Shown: piece after piece, positions 1 through 9,639 of the stretch
Layout of the letters: the number at the start of each line of letters is the position of its first letter
Numbering within the stretch: position 1 is the stretch's first letter
Assembly (NCBI GenBank): GCA_044224315.1
Contig: JBGAKR010000003.1
Span: 172,510 to 236,509 of the forward strand
Direction: 5' to 3'
From: Bacteroidia bacterium
Lineage (GTDB): Bacteria; Bacteroidota; Bacteroidia; NS11-12g; UBA955
Length of the DNA: 64,000 bases
Notes under the pieces: generated by a model
Told to the model about the DNA's origin: nothing
Databases searched by the model: none
Seen by the model: only the letters and a program-made list of their open reading frames with translations
Made by a program: the position numbers and the translations under genes

Positions 1-181
1 TTTCAAAACGTGTTTTCGCAATAGAAACCTCAGTTTGTTGGGCTATCAGGTGTATACTTCGCATTTGTGTATAGGTGGCCCTATCCATTTCAGTGAGTAC
101 CTGTTTTTGCGCTTCAGCACCCAGGGCATCAAAGTCTGTTGTTTCAATCCATTCCTGAATTTGCTCAATTTTTGTTTTCAT
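1..181 (-). CDS. hypothetical protein, N-terminal fragment running off the window start; possible anti-sigma factor partner of the adjacent ECF sigma
   Basis: Minus-strand ATG at 179-181, frame open to the window edge (reads MKTKIEQIQEWIETTDFDALGAEAQKQVLTEMDRATYTQ...). It overlaps the stop of the upstream ECF sigma gene by ~17 nt, the typical sigma/anti-sigma arrangement. No domain recognised. Confidence 0.35.
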   Translation of the reverse strand, partial: MKTKIEQIQEWIETTDFDALGAEAQKQVLTEMDRATYTQMRSIHLIAQQTEVSIAKTRFE

Positions 182-740
182 TTTTTATATGGGGTTTTAA
201 TTGTAGGGCCATTTTTTTTAGTATATAAAAAATACCACTTTTTACGCTGCCTTCGGGTATTTCCATGATTTCTGCAATTTCTTTGTGTGTAAAATTTTGA
301 TCGTATTTTAATGCATAAATACTTTTTTCTTTTTCACTCAATGTGCTCCACACTTTTTCTATCGATTTCTTTATCTGCAATGCATCCAGATTCTCGTGTT
401 GCTGCTCCGATATGGTGGTTTTGTAAAATTCACTGGCATTTATATCCCGGCTGATTTCAGTGCGACGGTGGTTTTTGCATCGGTTCGATACCAGGGTAAA
501 TATCCAGGTCTGAAATTTATATTGGGTTTTAAATAATTGCGGATTTTCAATAATTTTTACATACACATCCTGCACAAGATCTTCGGGCTGCGGAATTTGA
601 AATACCGAAAATGCAAAGGCACAAAGGCGCTGAAAATACCGCTCATACAGTATTTCCAGCGCCCCGCTTTCTCCTGTTTGCAAAGCCTGCATCAGCTTTT
701 CATCAGAAGCAGCATTCGTTATTTCGTTTTTATTGTACAA
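165..740 (-). CDS. RNA polymerase ECF-type sigma-70 factor (sigma-24 family)
   Basis: 191-aa ORF. Region-2-like LVQDVYVKII and region-4 HTH (KEIAEIMEIPEGSVKSGIFYILKKM) are typical of ECF sigma factors. Confidence 0.8.
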   Translation of the reverse strand: MYNKNEITNAASDEKLMQALQTGESGALEILYERYFQRLCAFAFSVFQIPQPEDLVQDVYVKIIENPQLFKTQYKFQTWIFTLVSNRCKNHRRTEISRDINASEFYKTTISEQQHENLDALQIKKSIEKVWSTLSEKEKSIYALKYDQNFTHKEIAEIMEIPEGSVKSGIFYILKKMALQLKPHIKNENKN

Positions 741-744
741 ATAA

Positions 745-1917
745 TCAGGGATTGATAATTTTTGAAATATCCTTTTCCTCCGGACGATCTTTGATTAAAA
801 ATACCAAATATTTTTTTAGCGCATCGGCTTTTGTTTTTTCACCCGCTGCATCATAGTGCTGCCACAGTTTCAGCATAGGTACAATATAGTTGGCATTAAT
901 GCATGCAACCATATCCTGCGAACGATCGTAATAGAAGGGTTGCAGGATATAATCCAGTTTATAATTTTGTTCAAAATTACGCCTTAATAAAGCCACATTA
1001 TCCAAATCCTGGGTATTAAACTCATAAGCCAGGCCTGTTAAAAACAGGTTACCCGATACCTTCTGATAAATTTCCTGGTCGGCCGTTAGTGATACATATA
1101 CCGGATTCTTTTTAAAATTATAGGCCGCAAAAGGTATAATATCGGAATTAAATATTTCTTGTAAACTACGTTGAGAATCTGCGCTGATTCTGGGGTCGTA
1201 CATATCTTTATCCCATAAGGGTGTGTTTTTTTCTTTACAGATTTTATCGCGATAATTTTTAATACCGAATAAAGAAAAATTGATGGCAGTAACATCTGTG
1301 CGTATGCCCTGCGACTGTAAAAACCATACCGGATAGGTGTCGTTATCACCCACTGTAAAAATAACTGCATTGGGCTTTAAACCAGCCAGCATGTTATACG
1401 CATAGTACATAAATCCGGGTGAGTATTCATGGGCTTCAACCATTTGCCGGGCAATGGCATTCCGTTTTTCAATATCGCGGTCTAATTCGGCTACAATCAG
1501 CGAAAATTCAAGGTGCTCTGTTCGGTCTGGTCCCAGCATTTCAGCCTTGCGCAAATAAGGAAGCAGTTTATCATCCAGTCCGCCATTGGAATAAACCACC
1601 ACATTGTACTCATAACTTTCGGGCACCGCTTTTCCCATATTGTCTATCAACTGCTGATGCTCTTTATGGCGTTCGGCACGCGGACGCTTGTCTGTGGTAT
1701 CCAGTTTCATCAGGTTGCGATTGGCTTTGTACCAATAATACCATGCCAATGCATTTTTTGGGTCCTTTTCCGTCTCCTTTTTCCATAAATTATTTTGGGT
1801 GCGGTACCAGTCCAAACTATGGGTAACCACGGCAAAGCCATAAACAGGTTCAGGCTTTTGAGCCCTGCCAATTTGAAAATAAAGCAAAGCCAGTATGATG
1901 AGAATGTACTTTTTCAT
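745..1917 (-). CDS. secreted hypothetical protein with signal peptide; first gene of the ECF sigma operon
   Basis: ORF 745-1956. The likely start is the internal [20 protein letters not shown] signal peptide at 1917. It is 4 nt upstream of the sigma gene on the same strand. No domain recognised by eye. Confidence 0.6.
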   Translation of the reverse strand: MKKYILIILALLYFQIGRAQKPEPVYGFAVVTHSLDWYRTQNNLWKKETEKDPKNALAWYYWYKANRNLMKLDTTDKRPRAERHKEHQQLIDNMGKAVPESYEYNVVVYSNGGLDDKLLPYLRKAEMLGPDRTEHLEFSLIVAELDRDIEKRNAIARQMVEAHEYSPGFMYYAYNMLAGLKPNAVIFTVGDNDTYPVWFLQSQGIRTDVTAINFSLFGIKNYRDKICKEKNTPLWDKDMYDPRISADSQRSLQEIFNSDIIPFAAYNFKKNPVYVSLTADQEIYQKVSGNLFLTGLAYEFNTQDLDNVALLRRNFEQNYKLDYILQPFYYDRSQDMVACINANYIVPMLKLWQHYDAAGEKTKADALKKYLVFLIKDRPEEKDISKIINP

Positions 1918-1946
1918 AGTAATCGTTTGCAAAGTAATACACTTGA

Positions 1947-1965
1947 GTTTGAACAAAGTTCAAAC
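1947..1965. promoter_or_regulatory. perfect palindrome GTTTGAAC-AAA-GTTCAAAC just upstream of the secreted-protein/ECF-sigma operon start; operator candidate
   Basis: Seen directly: gtttgaacaaagttcaaac, ~30 nt upstream of the minus-strand ATG at 1917. Confidence 0.3.
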
Positions 1966-2015
1966 AGGGAATAGGGAGTAGGGGGCAGAGGGTGGCAACA
2001 GCCTTTTTGACAGCC

Positions 2016-2052
2016 AGTTAGAAGTTAGGAGTTAGAAGTTAGAAGTGAAGAG
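2016..2052. repeat. short tandem repeat of ~7-8 nt units, about 4-5 copies (gttagaag/ttaggag)
   Basis: Seen directly: cagttagaagttaggagttagaagttagaagtgaagagtt. Confidence 0.7.
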
Positions 2053-2389
2053 TTGAACAGCCTTTTTTAGTTTACAGTTTGCAGTTTATAGTTGACAGTA
2101 TTAACAGCCTCCGCCACATAACATGGGCGGATGAGCCGCCAGTCTAGACAGCCCCAAAAAACATAGATTCATAGTTAACAGCCCAAGTGCACATTGACTT
2201 TTTATGCTACAAGGTGAAACCTATAGTATTCTATGTTTTCTTGGTAGTTAAAACTAATGTGTGCTATGTGGTTAAAATCAGTTAGAAGCGGAGGGACTTG
2301 CTTTCCATCGCGAGTAAAACCTCACGATTTACAGTAATAATAGCCTTTTGAACAGCGAGTTAGATGACCAGTTCCCATTCCGAACGAAT

Positions 2390-2960
2390 GCTCAAATTCA
2401 AAATTCACAATTTCTAATTGGCTGTTTCTTCGGTTGTCCCTACCCCAAATTGGTCAGTAAGGAATTAAACATCAAACAATAGCCCCGCCTCGTTCCTCTA
2501 AGGATAAGCATTCACAATTCATAATTCACAATTTCTAATTGGCTGTTTCTTCGGCTGTCCCTACCCCAAATTGGGCAGTATGAAATTAAACATCAAACAT
2601 TAGCCCCGCCTTGTTCTCGTAAGGATAAGCATTCACAATTCACAATTCATAATTCACAATTCTAATTGGCTGTTTCTTCGGCTGTCCCTACCCCAAATTG
2701 GTCAGTTAGGAATTTAGCATCAAACAATAGCCCCGCCTCGTTCCTCTAAGGATAATCATTCACAATTCACAATTCATAATTCACAATTCATAATTCACAA
2801 TTTCTAATTGGCTGTTTCTTCGGCTGTCCCTACCCCAAATTGGTCAGTAAGGAATTTAGCATCAAACATTAGCCCCGCCTCGTTCTCCTAAGGATAAGCA
2901 TTCACAATTCACAATTCATAATTCACAATTTCTAATTGGCTGTTTCTTCGGCTGTCCATT
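2390..2960. repeat. imperfect tandem repeat array: about 4.4 units of 118-152 bp, ~95% identical, with a nested AATTCAC/AATTCAT heptanucleotide microsatellite whose copy number differs between units
   Basis: The unit core CTAATTGGCTGTTTCTTCGGCTGTCCCTACCCCAAATTGGTCAGTAAGGAATTTAGCATCAAACAATAGCCCCGCCTCGTTCCTCTAAGGATAAGCATTCACAATTCACAATTCATAATT recurs at 2414, 2535, 2662, 2814 and 2932 (last copy truncated). There is no ORF of 60 aa or more on either strand across 1957-2993. Confidence 0.9.
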
Positions 2961-2993
2961 AATCATTAAACACTAAACATTAAACATTAATAA

Positions 2994-3743
2994 TTAATCC
3001 ACCGCTTCTTTTATCATCCGCTCACTTTCCTCTTTCCCCAAATACTTATTAATGATATTATGCACAAAATACAGCAACGGCAAAAGCACAAACGCCATCG
3101 TTACTTTGTAAATATAATTCATAATACCCACCCCAATAACTTGCTGCATATTCCAATCACCATATAAATAGAATGCCACATACAATACCACAAAACTATC
3201 AATCAATTGCGATACCAATGTACTGCCTGTAGCCCTTACCCATACAAGGTTGTGGCCGGTTTTCTTTTTTAATTTGGTGAATATAAATGCATCGGTTAAT
3301 TGACCAATTAAGAACGCAATTAATGAACCAATAATAATGCCCAAACCCTGTCCAAAAACACTATCAAAGGCTTTTCCGTAATCCGAAATACCTTGTCCGG
3401 TTTTGCTTTTTACCCACCAATCCGCTGGAGTACTTTTCATGGAAAAATAGGCCATAATAAATGCATATACCAGCATTATCGCGGTTAAATAACTGAGGGT
3501 TCTTACCCCTTTTTTGCCATAATATTCATTAATTAAATCGGTCATAATAAATACAATAGGCCACAGAATTACGCCGGCAGAAAGTGAAAAAGAACGATCG
3601 GCACCCAAAAAATGCAAATCCACAGGTTCCAATCCCAGCGTGGCTTCCAGCGAAAATATTTTAACTCCGATAAACTCTGCTATGATGGCATTGGTTACAA
3701 AAAAGAACCCCAGAATTAAAAAGAGTTTATTTTTTTTATCCAT
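2994..3743 (-). CDS. queuosine precursor transporter-like membrane protein (YhhQ / DUF165 family)
   Basis: 249 aa, multi-pass membrane protein. The N-terminus MDKKNKLFLILGFFFVTNAIIAEFIGVKIF and overall layout resemble the YhhQ family. It lies 3 nt downstream of the MBL RNase gene on the same strand. Confidence 0.6.
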   Translation of the reverse strand: MDKKNKLFLILGFFFVTNAIIAEFIGVKIFSLEATLGLEPVDLHFLGADRSFSLSAGVILWPIVFIMTDLINEYYGKKGVRTLSYLTAIMLVYAFIMAYFSMKSTPADWWVKSKTGQGISDYGKAFDSVFGQGLGIIIGSLIAFLIGQLTDAFIFTKLKKKTGHNLVWVRATGSTLVSQLIDSFVVLYVAFYLYGDWNMQQVIGVGIMNYIYKVTMAFVLLPLLYFVHNIINKYLGKEESERMIKEAVD

Positions 3744-3746
3744 AAA

Positions 3747-5150
3747 TTATAATTCTACACTACCCAACATTTCGGCGATGGTTACCTTTTTATAGCCCGC
3801 ATTCAACAATCGGCTTTTCCAGGCCCCTAGCGCGTTTTCGTTGCCATGTACCAAAAATATTTCTTTCACCCGTTCTTTATTCTGGCAGCTTAAATATTGC
3901 AGCATTTCATTGTAATCGGCATGGGCACTAAAATCTTCCATTACTTCAACACGGGCATTCACCTGATAATCAGAACCAAATATGCGCACTCCGGGATCTC
4001 CCCGACGCAGCTTGCCTGCCAGACTGTCTGGCGTTGCATATCCCACAATCAAAATGGTATTATTGGCATCCTCAATATTGTTGGCAATATGGTGTTTTAT
4101 GCGCCCGGCCTCGGCCATTCCGCTGGCTGAAATAATAATGCTTGGCTCAGTCTCCTCATTTATAGCCTTGCTGTCTTCAACCTTGCTAATGTACTGCAAA
4201 CCCGGAAAATCAAATGGATTTCCGTCGCGGGTGATGTATTCCAGAATTTCAGGATTGAACTCTTCCCGATGGGTATTCATGATTTCAGTTGCCTGTGTGC
4301 TCAAAGGACTGTCTACATAAACCTTAATAAAGGGCAGTTTTTTATCGTGCATCAGTTTATCAAGCAGGTACACAATTTCCTGGGTTCGGCCTACCGAAAA
4401 AGCAGGAATTATTATTTTACCCCGATTGCGCACACAGGTGCGTTGAACAATTTCCAACAATCGGGCAGAAGAATCGCTGGCTGTGGGGTGCAAACGGTCG
4501 CCATAGGTGCTTTCGCAAATGATATAATCGGCCTGCGGAAATGCATCCGGCCCTTCCAGTATATCATCTCCAGGACGACCGATATCGCCCGAAAAAGTGA
4601 GATGAACCGGCAATCCGTTTTTACGCAGAAGGGTAAGATTAATAGACGTACTACCTAAAATATGGGCATTTTGGGTGAGTAATACCTTGGTGGTTTTGCC
4701 TACCAAAAATTCAACTTCATTTCGCACAGTCTCAATTTGCCGCATTACCTGGTCAACGTCCTCAATAGTGTACAGTGCTTCAAGCGGTTCCTGCTTTTTC
4801 TCAGCCCTGCGGCGGTTTATGCGTTCCAAATCCATTTCCTGAATGTGGGCACTATCTGCCAGCATCAACCGGGCCAGATCGTGTGTGGCTGAGTTGCAAT
4901 AAATGGGACCGCTAAAACCTTCGCGCACAAGCTTGGGCAATAGTCCTATATGGTCGATATGGGCATGCGATAGTATTACGTAATCGATTGATTTAGAATC
5001 GAAATGAAAGTGACGGTTGAGGAAATTGCCTTCCTCGCCTTCGCCCTGAAACATGCCGCAATCCAGGAGTATATTTTCATCGTTATCGGTGGTTACCAAA
5101 TGCTTGCTGCCCGTTACCCGGCCAGCGGCTCCATAAAACGTTATTTTCAT
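3747..5150 (-). CDS. MBL-fold metallo-hydrolase of the beta-CASP RNA-metabolising family (RNase J/CPSF-like)
   Basis: 467 aa. HxHxDH motif (LSHAHIDHIG) near the N-terminus, with a beta-CASP-like and RNA-specificity C-terminal region. Confidence 0.75.
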   Translation of the reverse strand: MKITFYGAAGRVTGSKHLVTTDNDENILLDCGMFQGEGEEGNFLNRHFHFDSKSIDYVILSHAHIDHIGLLPKLVREGFSGPIYCNSATHDLARLMLADSAHIQEMDLERINRRRAEKKQEPLEALYTIEDVDQVMRQIETVRNEVEFLVGKTTKVLLTQNAHILGSTSINLTLLRKNGLPVHLTFSGDIGRPGDDILEGPDAFPQADYIICESTYGDRLHPTASDSSARLLEIVQRTCVRNRGKIIIPAFSVGRTQEIVYLLDKLMHDKKLPFIKVYVDSPLSTQATEIMNTHREEFNPEILEYITRDGNPFDFPGLQYISKVEDSKAINEETEPSIIISASGMAEAGRIKHHIANNIEDANNTILIVGYATPDSLAGKLRRGDPGVRIFGSDYQVNARVEVMEDFSAHADYNEMLQYLSCQNKERVKEIFLVHGNENALGAWKSRLLNAGYKKVTIAEMLGSVEL

Positions 5151-5213
5151 AGTGTTAAGATCTTTTTAGTGCTTGGTTTTAGTTTCGGTCAAAGATTTGC
5201 AAATATTCCTTTA

Positions 5214-6272
5214 ATGGTACTAAAAATTGCAAAACGATACTTATTAATTATACTTTTTTTGTGCACCGCCACAGCAGGTAAGGCACAATCGGTAGAAGAG
5301 CTGGTGCAAAAAGGGCTTGAGATGGATAGCCTTAAGCGCTATTACCAGGCCATTGCACTTTTTTCTAAAGCCATAGAGGCCGATCCAACCCAGGGGGTTA
5401 TTTTTTATAACCGGGGCAATGCATATATGAATGCGCGCCAATACAGCATGGCCCTGGTAGATTTTAATAAAGCCATTTTACTGGATACCTCCCTTACCGA
5501 AGCATATTACAACCGCCACCTGGCCAATCGCTATACCGGCAATTACCAGTTTGCCATGGCCGATATTACCGAATATTTAAAACGGGTACCGGGTGATTGG
5601 GATGCCTTGGATAACCGGGCAGATCTGGCCACAGAAATGAAGGATTATTCCCTTGCCATTGCAGATTTAAACCTCATGCTGCAGCAGGATAAAACCAATA
5701 CCGCATTATGGACCCGACTCTCCGAAATCTATGTGTTAAATAAACAGTTTACCCAAGCCCGCGATATTTTTAATCAATTGTTGCAAAAAAATCCCGAAAA
5801 TTCTACACTATATCTGGGACGTGCCTATGTACTATACTATATGGGCGATTATAATGCCAGTGTGAGTGATATTAATTTATTTATGCTCTCGGTACCCGAT
5901 AATGCAGATGCTTTAAAATTAAAAGCCGATAATTATTTTTATCTCAACAAATTTGAGGATGCATCAGCTATTTACCAGAATTTATTGGCTGCCGACTCAG
6001 CAAATGCAAGTCTTTTAGCCGATTATGGCCATTGTTTATTGCAATTAAAAAATTACGAAAAAGCCGAATCTGTTTTAACCAAATCTATTTTGCAAAAAGC
6101 AGATAATCCGGCATATGCATACCTTGGCAGGGGAATTGCAAGATTAAACCTGGGAAAAGGGGATGAGGCTTGCAGCGATTGGGTAAAAAGTAAGATGCTG
6201 GGCGAAAGCAGGGCAGGAGAATATTTACAAAAAAATTGCAAGACACAAGAAATTCCACAAATTCCACGTTAA
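5214..6272 (+). CDS. tetratricopeptide-repeat protein with signal peptide
   Basis: ORF track begins at 5004, but the signal peptide MVLKIAKRYLLIILFLCTATAGKAQ at 5214 is the likely true start. Multiple TPR-like A/Y/L-rich 34-residue repeats follow. Confidence 0.7.
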   Translation: MVLKIAKRYLLIILFLCTATAGKAQSVEELVQKGLEMDSLKRYYQAIALFSKAIEADPTQGVIFYNRGNAYMNARQYSMALVDFNKAILLDTSLTEAYYNRHLANRYTGNYQFAMADITEYLKRVPGDWDALDNRADLATEMKDYSLAIADLNLMLQQDKTNTALWTRLSEIYVLNKQFTQARDIFNQLLQKNPENSTLYLGRAYVLYYMGDYNASVSDINLFMLSVPDNADALKLKADNYFYLNKFEDASAIYQNLLAADSANASLLADYGHCLLQLKNYEKAESVLTKSILQKADNPAYAYLGRGIARLNLGKGDEACSDWVKSKMLGESRAGEYLQKNCKTQEIPQIPR

Positions 6273-6292
6273 TAACTATAATCGCATAAAAT

Positions 6293-7282
6293 ATGAGTGT
6301 GTTAATGAGAACATTGGTGTTGCTGGGTATCGTAGCCCTCAACTTCAGTGCGGTGAACCTGAAAACTCACGAAGACATAAAACCCGGGAATAACAACCCC
6401 GGCAATGGGATTACCCAAAATACAGCCAAAGAGAGTACCAATGGCATTGCCTGGCTTTCTGTGCCTAATGTGGTGAACGAGGGCTGGGATACCATGCCCG
6501 AAATTATTTTTTGGCGCAGGATTGTTTCATTACCTAAAGATAGTTCGGTTGCAAACGTCTATGCTTCCCGCAAACTGCTGAAAAACTTTTCACGCAGCTT
6601 TATCGATAGCCTTGAGGTTGCAGGCAAACTGGAGGTGCTGCGCAACGAACTGGCGCTGGAGTATAAAATTCCGGCTGGTCAGCGTATTATGTTTACCTCG
6701 GGCCGCAAATGGTTTTACAATTTTGCCAATGTACAGGATAAAATCGGCCGCGGCATGCAGGTTTTCGATAGCCTTGGGGTAGATCCGTTTTATGCCCAAA
6801 CTGTATTGTTGATAGAGAGCCCCGGAAGCAACAAACAAAAATCCATTGCCGGCGCCTATGGCCATTTTCAAATCATGCCTTTTAATGCCCGCAAGTATGG
6901 ATTACGTATAGATAATTATGTAGATGAACGCGAAAATTTTGACCGCAGCGCCTATGTAAGTGCCATGCTGTTTAAAGAAACTTTTATTCCTTTGGCCAAA
7001 CGCTGGTGCAACGAGCTGGGCTTTAATGCCGATGAAAATGCACTGTGGTTTAAATTATTGGTAATGCATTGCTATAACGCCGGCCCTTATGGGGTTAAAA
7101 GCGCCATGCAACAAGTGCCTAATTATTATCAGGGCAATAAACTCATTCACCGCCTGTGGCATACCACTGCCAAATATTTTCCAAGCGAAGCCCAAAACTA
7201 TTCGCAGTTAGCCGTGGCATGCTACCTGGAGTTTGAGAAACAACTGGCCGATGCCAATATTAAAAATACGCTGAATCATTAA
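6293..7282 (+). CDS. lytic transglycosylase (SLT) domain protein, secreted
   Basis: Signal peptide, then SLT-domain motifs: LLIESPGS (E-S), GAYGHFQIMPF (GxxQxMP) and HCYNAGPYG (AYNAG). Confidence 0.65.
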   Translation: MSVLMRTLVLLGIVALNFSAVNLKTHEDIKPGNNNPGNGITQNTAKESTNGIAWLSVPNVVNEGWDTMPEIIFWRRIVSLPKDSSVANVYASRKLLKNFSRSFIDSLEVAGKLEVLRNELALEYKIPAGQRIMFTSGRKWFYNFANVQDKIGRGMQVFDSLGVDPFYAQTVLLIESPGSNKQKSIAGAYGHFQIMPFNARKYGLRIDNYVDERENFDRSAYVSAMLFKETFIPLAKRWCNELGFNADENALWFKLLVMHCYNAGPYGVKSAMQQVPNYYQGNKLIHRLWHTTAKYFPSEAQNYSQLAVACYLEFEKQLADANIKNTLNH

Positions 7283-8037
7283 ATCGATTTGAAGCTTTTA
7301 TTCAGGTAGTTCCATTTACCCAAGCCCCATTTTTGTAAACGGTATTGCATACTTACCCGCAATACACCCAATCCGTATTTTACACTGCGCGAAAAATTAA
7401 TGCTGCTTGCCTCGTCAAAGTATTTAGTAGGGCAGGTGATTTCACAAATCTCAAAATCATGCATAAAAATCTGGGCTATTACCTCATTGTCAAAGACAAA
7501 ATCATCGGAGTTTAATTCATACGGAATTTGTTGCAAAACATGAGCCGAATACGCACGATAGCCTGTATGATATTCACTCAGTTTTTCATTCAGCAACAGA
7601 TTTTCAAATGCCGTAAGCATGCGATTAAATATGTACTTATATAAAGGCATCCCTCCTTTACGCGATCCTTTTCCAAGAATGCGACTTCCAAAAACCACCG
7701 GATAAACACCTTCGGCAATTACACCCACCATGCTGCGCAGTAGGCGAGGGGTGTATTGATAATCCGGATGTAGCATTACAATTATGTCGGCTTTCAAATC
7801 AAGGGCTTTGGTGTAGCAGGTTTTTTGATTGCCCCCATACCCTTTATTTTTTTCATGCCTTATTATATGTTCAATGCCCAATGCTTTAGCCACCGCCGAA
7901 GTATCATCACTGGATGCATCATCCACCAGGATGACTTCATCTACCAAATCCCTTGGAATTTCATGGTATGTTTGCTCTAAGGTTTTGCCTGCATTGTAGG
8001 CTGGCAGCACAACTACCACTTTTTTTCCGGAAATCAT
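7279..8037 (-). CDS. family 2 glycosyltransferase (dolichyl-phosphate mannosyltransferase-like)
   Basis: 252 aa. N-terminal VVVVLPAYNAGKTLEQ, DxD-like VDDASSDDT and overall GT2 architecture. Confidence 0.75.
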   Translation of the reverse strand: MISGKKVVVVLPAYNAGKTLEQTYHEIPRDLVDEVILVDDASSDDTSAVAKALGIEHIIRHEKNKGYGGNQKTCYTKALDLKADIIVMLHPDYQYTPRLLRSMVGVIAEGVYPVVFGSRILGKGSRKGGMPLYKYIFNRMLTAFENLLLNEKLSEYHTGYRAYSAHVLQQIPYELNSDDFVFDNEVIAQIFMHDFEICEITCPTKYFDEASSINFSRSVKYGLGVLRVSMQYRLQKWGLGKWNYLNKSFKSI

Positions 8038-8219
8038 GGCTGCAAAAATGCCATTTAAACTCCACGTATATTCGATTTGACTACTTTATTTTTCGTTTAA
8101 ATCTTTTCTAAATACAAATTTTATATAATAGTATATCAATAATATGAAACTTTAATTTAGAACGATTTTAAATTGAATTTTGTGTGAACAAAAAGTTTTT
8201 AGCGCCCCCCACCTCACTC

Positions 8220-8227
8220 TATATTTG
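8220..8227 (+). promoter_or_regulatory. candidate Bacteroidetes sigma-A -7 box (TATATTTG, perfect TAnnTTTG) for the ACIII operon
   Basis: Perfect match to the published Bacteroidetes -7 consensus, ending 30 nt upstream of the actA ATG. A nearby inverted repeat TTAGCGC...GCGCTAA is also present. No convincing -33 TTG was found. Confidence 0.35.
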
Positions 8228-8256
8228 CAGCGCTAAAAAAAGCCTTCCATTTAATT

Positions 8257-9615
8257 ATGATAAGACACTTTAGGTCCCTGGTACTCGCGGTAATTTTTAC
8301 CATCTCAGTGAGTGCCTACGCCGAGGAGAAACCCGCTGCCACTGCAGAAAAACCTGCCGCCGCAGCCGAATCGAAGTTTGACGCCGCAGCCGGAAAAAAA
8401 CTATTTGAAGCCAATAACTGCGGAAGCTGTCACGCCTTAGACAAGAAAGTAGTAGGACCTGCCCTGCGCGGTGTTACCGAACGCCGTTCTACCGAATGGT
8501 TGGTTAAATGGATTCGCAACAACGAAGAATTGCGCAAAAGCGGCGACGCCGATGCGATTGCCTTGTTTAAAGAAAACGGCGGCGCTGCCATGAACGTTTT
8601 CCTAAACCTTTCTGAAGGCGATGTAAAAAACATCCTGGAGTATATCAAAACTGCTCCTAAACCTGTTGCCCCCAAACCGCCTGTGGTGGATGGACCAACT
8701 CAACCTCCTTCTTCAGGCAATGGTACCTATGTAATTTTCACCTTAATCGGTGTTTTCATCATCGTACTAATTATCCTGAATAAAGTTCGCAGCACTCTGC
8801 GCAAACTGGCCGCTGAACGCATGCCCGAAGATTTCCCATTCGAAGGCGTTCGCGAGCCTTGGTACCGCCGCATTCTGCCTGGTGCTTTAAAAGCCATGAA
8901 CCCTGTGGTACTTACCTTGTTTACCGCTGCAATTGTCGGCATCATCGGTTTCGTTTGGTTCTATAAATGGGCCATGACCGAAGTGGGTGTGCAAAAAGGT
9001 TATGCCCCTACTCAACCTATTGCTTACAGCCACAAACTGCACGCCGGCGATTTGAAAATCGATTGCAAATACTGCCACGTGGGTGTTGAAACCAGCAAAT
9101 CTGCTACGATCCCTTCCTTAAATATATGTATGAACTGCCACAAAGGGGTTCAAAAACGTTCTGAAGGCCAGGAAGGCATTGATATTTCTCCCGAAATTGC
9201 AAAAATCTACGCCGCATTGGATTACCATCCCGAAAAAACCGGCGCCGAACAATGGGGCAATAACCCCCGCCCTGTGCAATGGATACGCATCCACAACTTG
9301 CCCGATCATGCATATTTCAACCACAGCCAGCACGTAAAAGTGGGTAAACTTGCCTGCCAAACCTGCCACGGCCCAATCGAAAAAATGGAAGTGGTACAGC
9401 AGTGGAGCACCCTGCAAATGGGCTGGTGTATTGACTGTCACCGCAATACTGGTATTGATGTAGCCAATAACAACTACTACAAAGCCTTGCACGAAAAGGC
9501 CAAAGCAGATATGGCTAAAAACAAATCTGAAAGTAAATATTTTGGCCCCGATGGTAAAGTAAAAGTTACTGTAGCCATGAACGGTGGTCTTGAGTGTTCC
9601 AAATGTCACTATTAA
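8257..9615 (+). CDS. actA: alternative complex III subunit ActA (multihaem cytochrome c) with an extra N-terminal monohaem cytochrome c domain; six CxxCH motifs in total
   Basis: Signal peptide, then CGSCHA, a Pro/Ala-rich linker, a transmembrane segment, then CKYCH, CMNCH, CQTCH, CIDCH and CSKCHY. It is the first gene of the actABCDEF cluster. Confidence 0.8.
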   Translation: MIRHFRSLVLAVIFTISVSAYAEEKPAATAEKPAAAAESKFDAAAGKKLFEANNCGSCHALDKKVVGPALRGVTERRSTEWLVKWIRNNEELRKSGDADAIALFKENGGAAMNVFLNLSEGDVKNILEYIKTAPKPVAPKPPVVDGPTQPPSSGNGTYVIFTLIGVFIIVLIILNKVRSTLRKLAAERMPEDFPFEGVREPWYRRILPGALKAMNPVVLTLFTAAIVGIIGFVWFYKWAMTEVGVQKGYAPTQPIAYSHKLHAGDLKIDCKYCHVGVETSKSATIPSLNICMNCHKGVQKRSEGQEGIDISPEIAKIYAALDYHPEKTGAEQWGNNPRPVQWIRIHNLPDHAYFNHSQHVKVGKLACQTCHGPIEKMEVVQQWSTLQMGWCIDCHRNTGIDVANNNYYKALHEKAKADMAKNKSESKYFGPDGKVKVTVAMNGGLECSKCHY

Positions 9616-9639
9616 TCTCTAATTGCTGAAAGAACTAAC

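Noticed and set aside
35-268. Plus-strand 77-aa ORF at the window start
   Set aside because: It overlaps the minus-strand ECF sigma gene and the adjacent fragment gene, and has no recognisable features.
2390-2960. Possible CRISPR array
   Set aside because: The units are ~120-150 bp and near-identical end to end. There are no short repeats alternating with unique spacers and no cas genes in the window.
5004-5213. Long N-terminal extension of the TPR gene ORF, overlapping the divergent MBL RNase gene start
   Set aside because: The extension precedes an obvious signal peptide (MVLKIAKRYLLIILFLC...) and overlaps the start of the RNase gene. The true start is most likely 5214.
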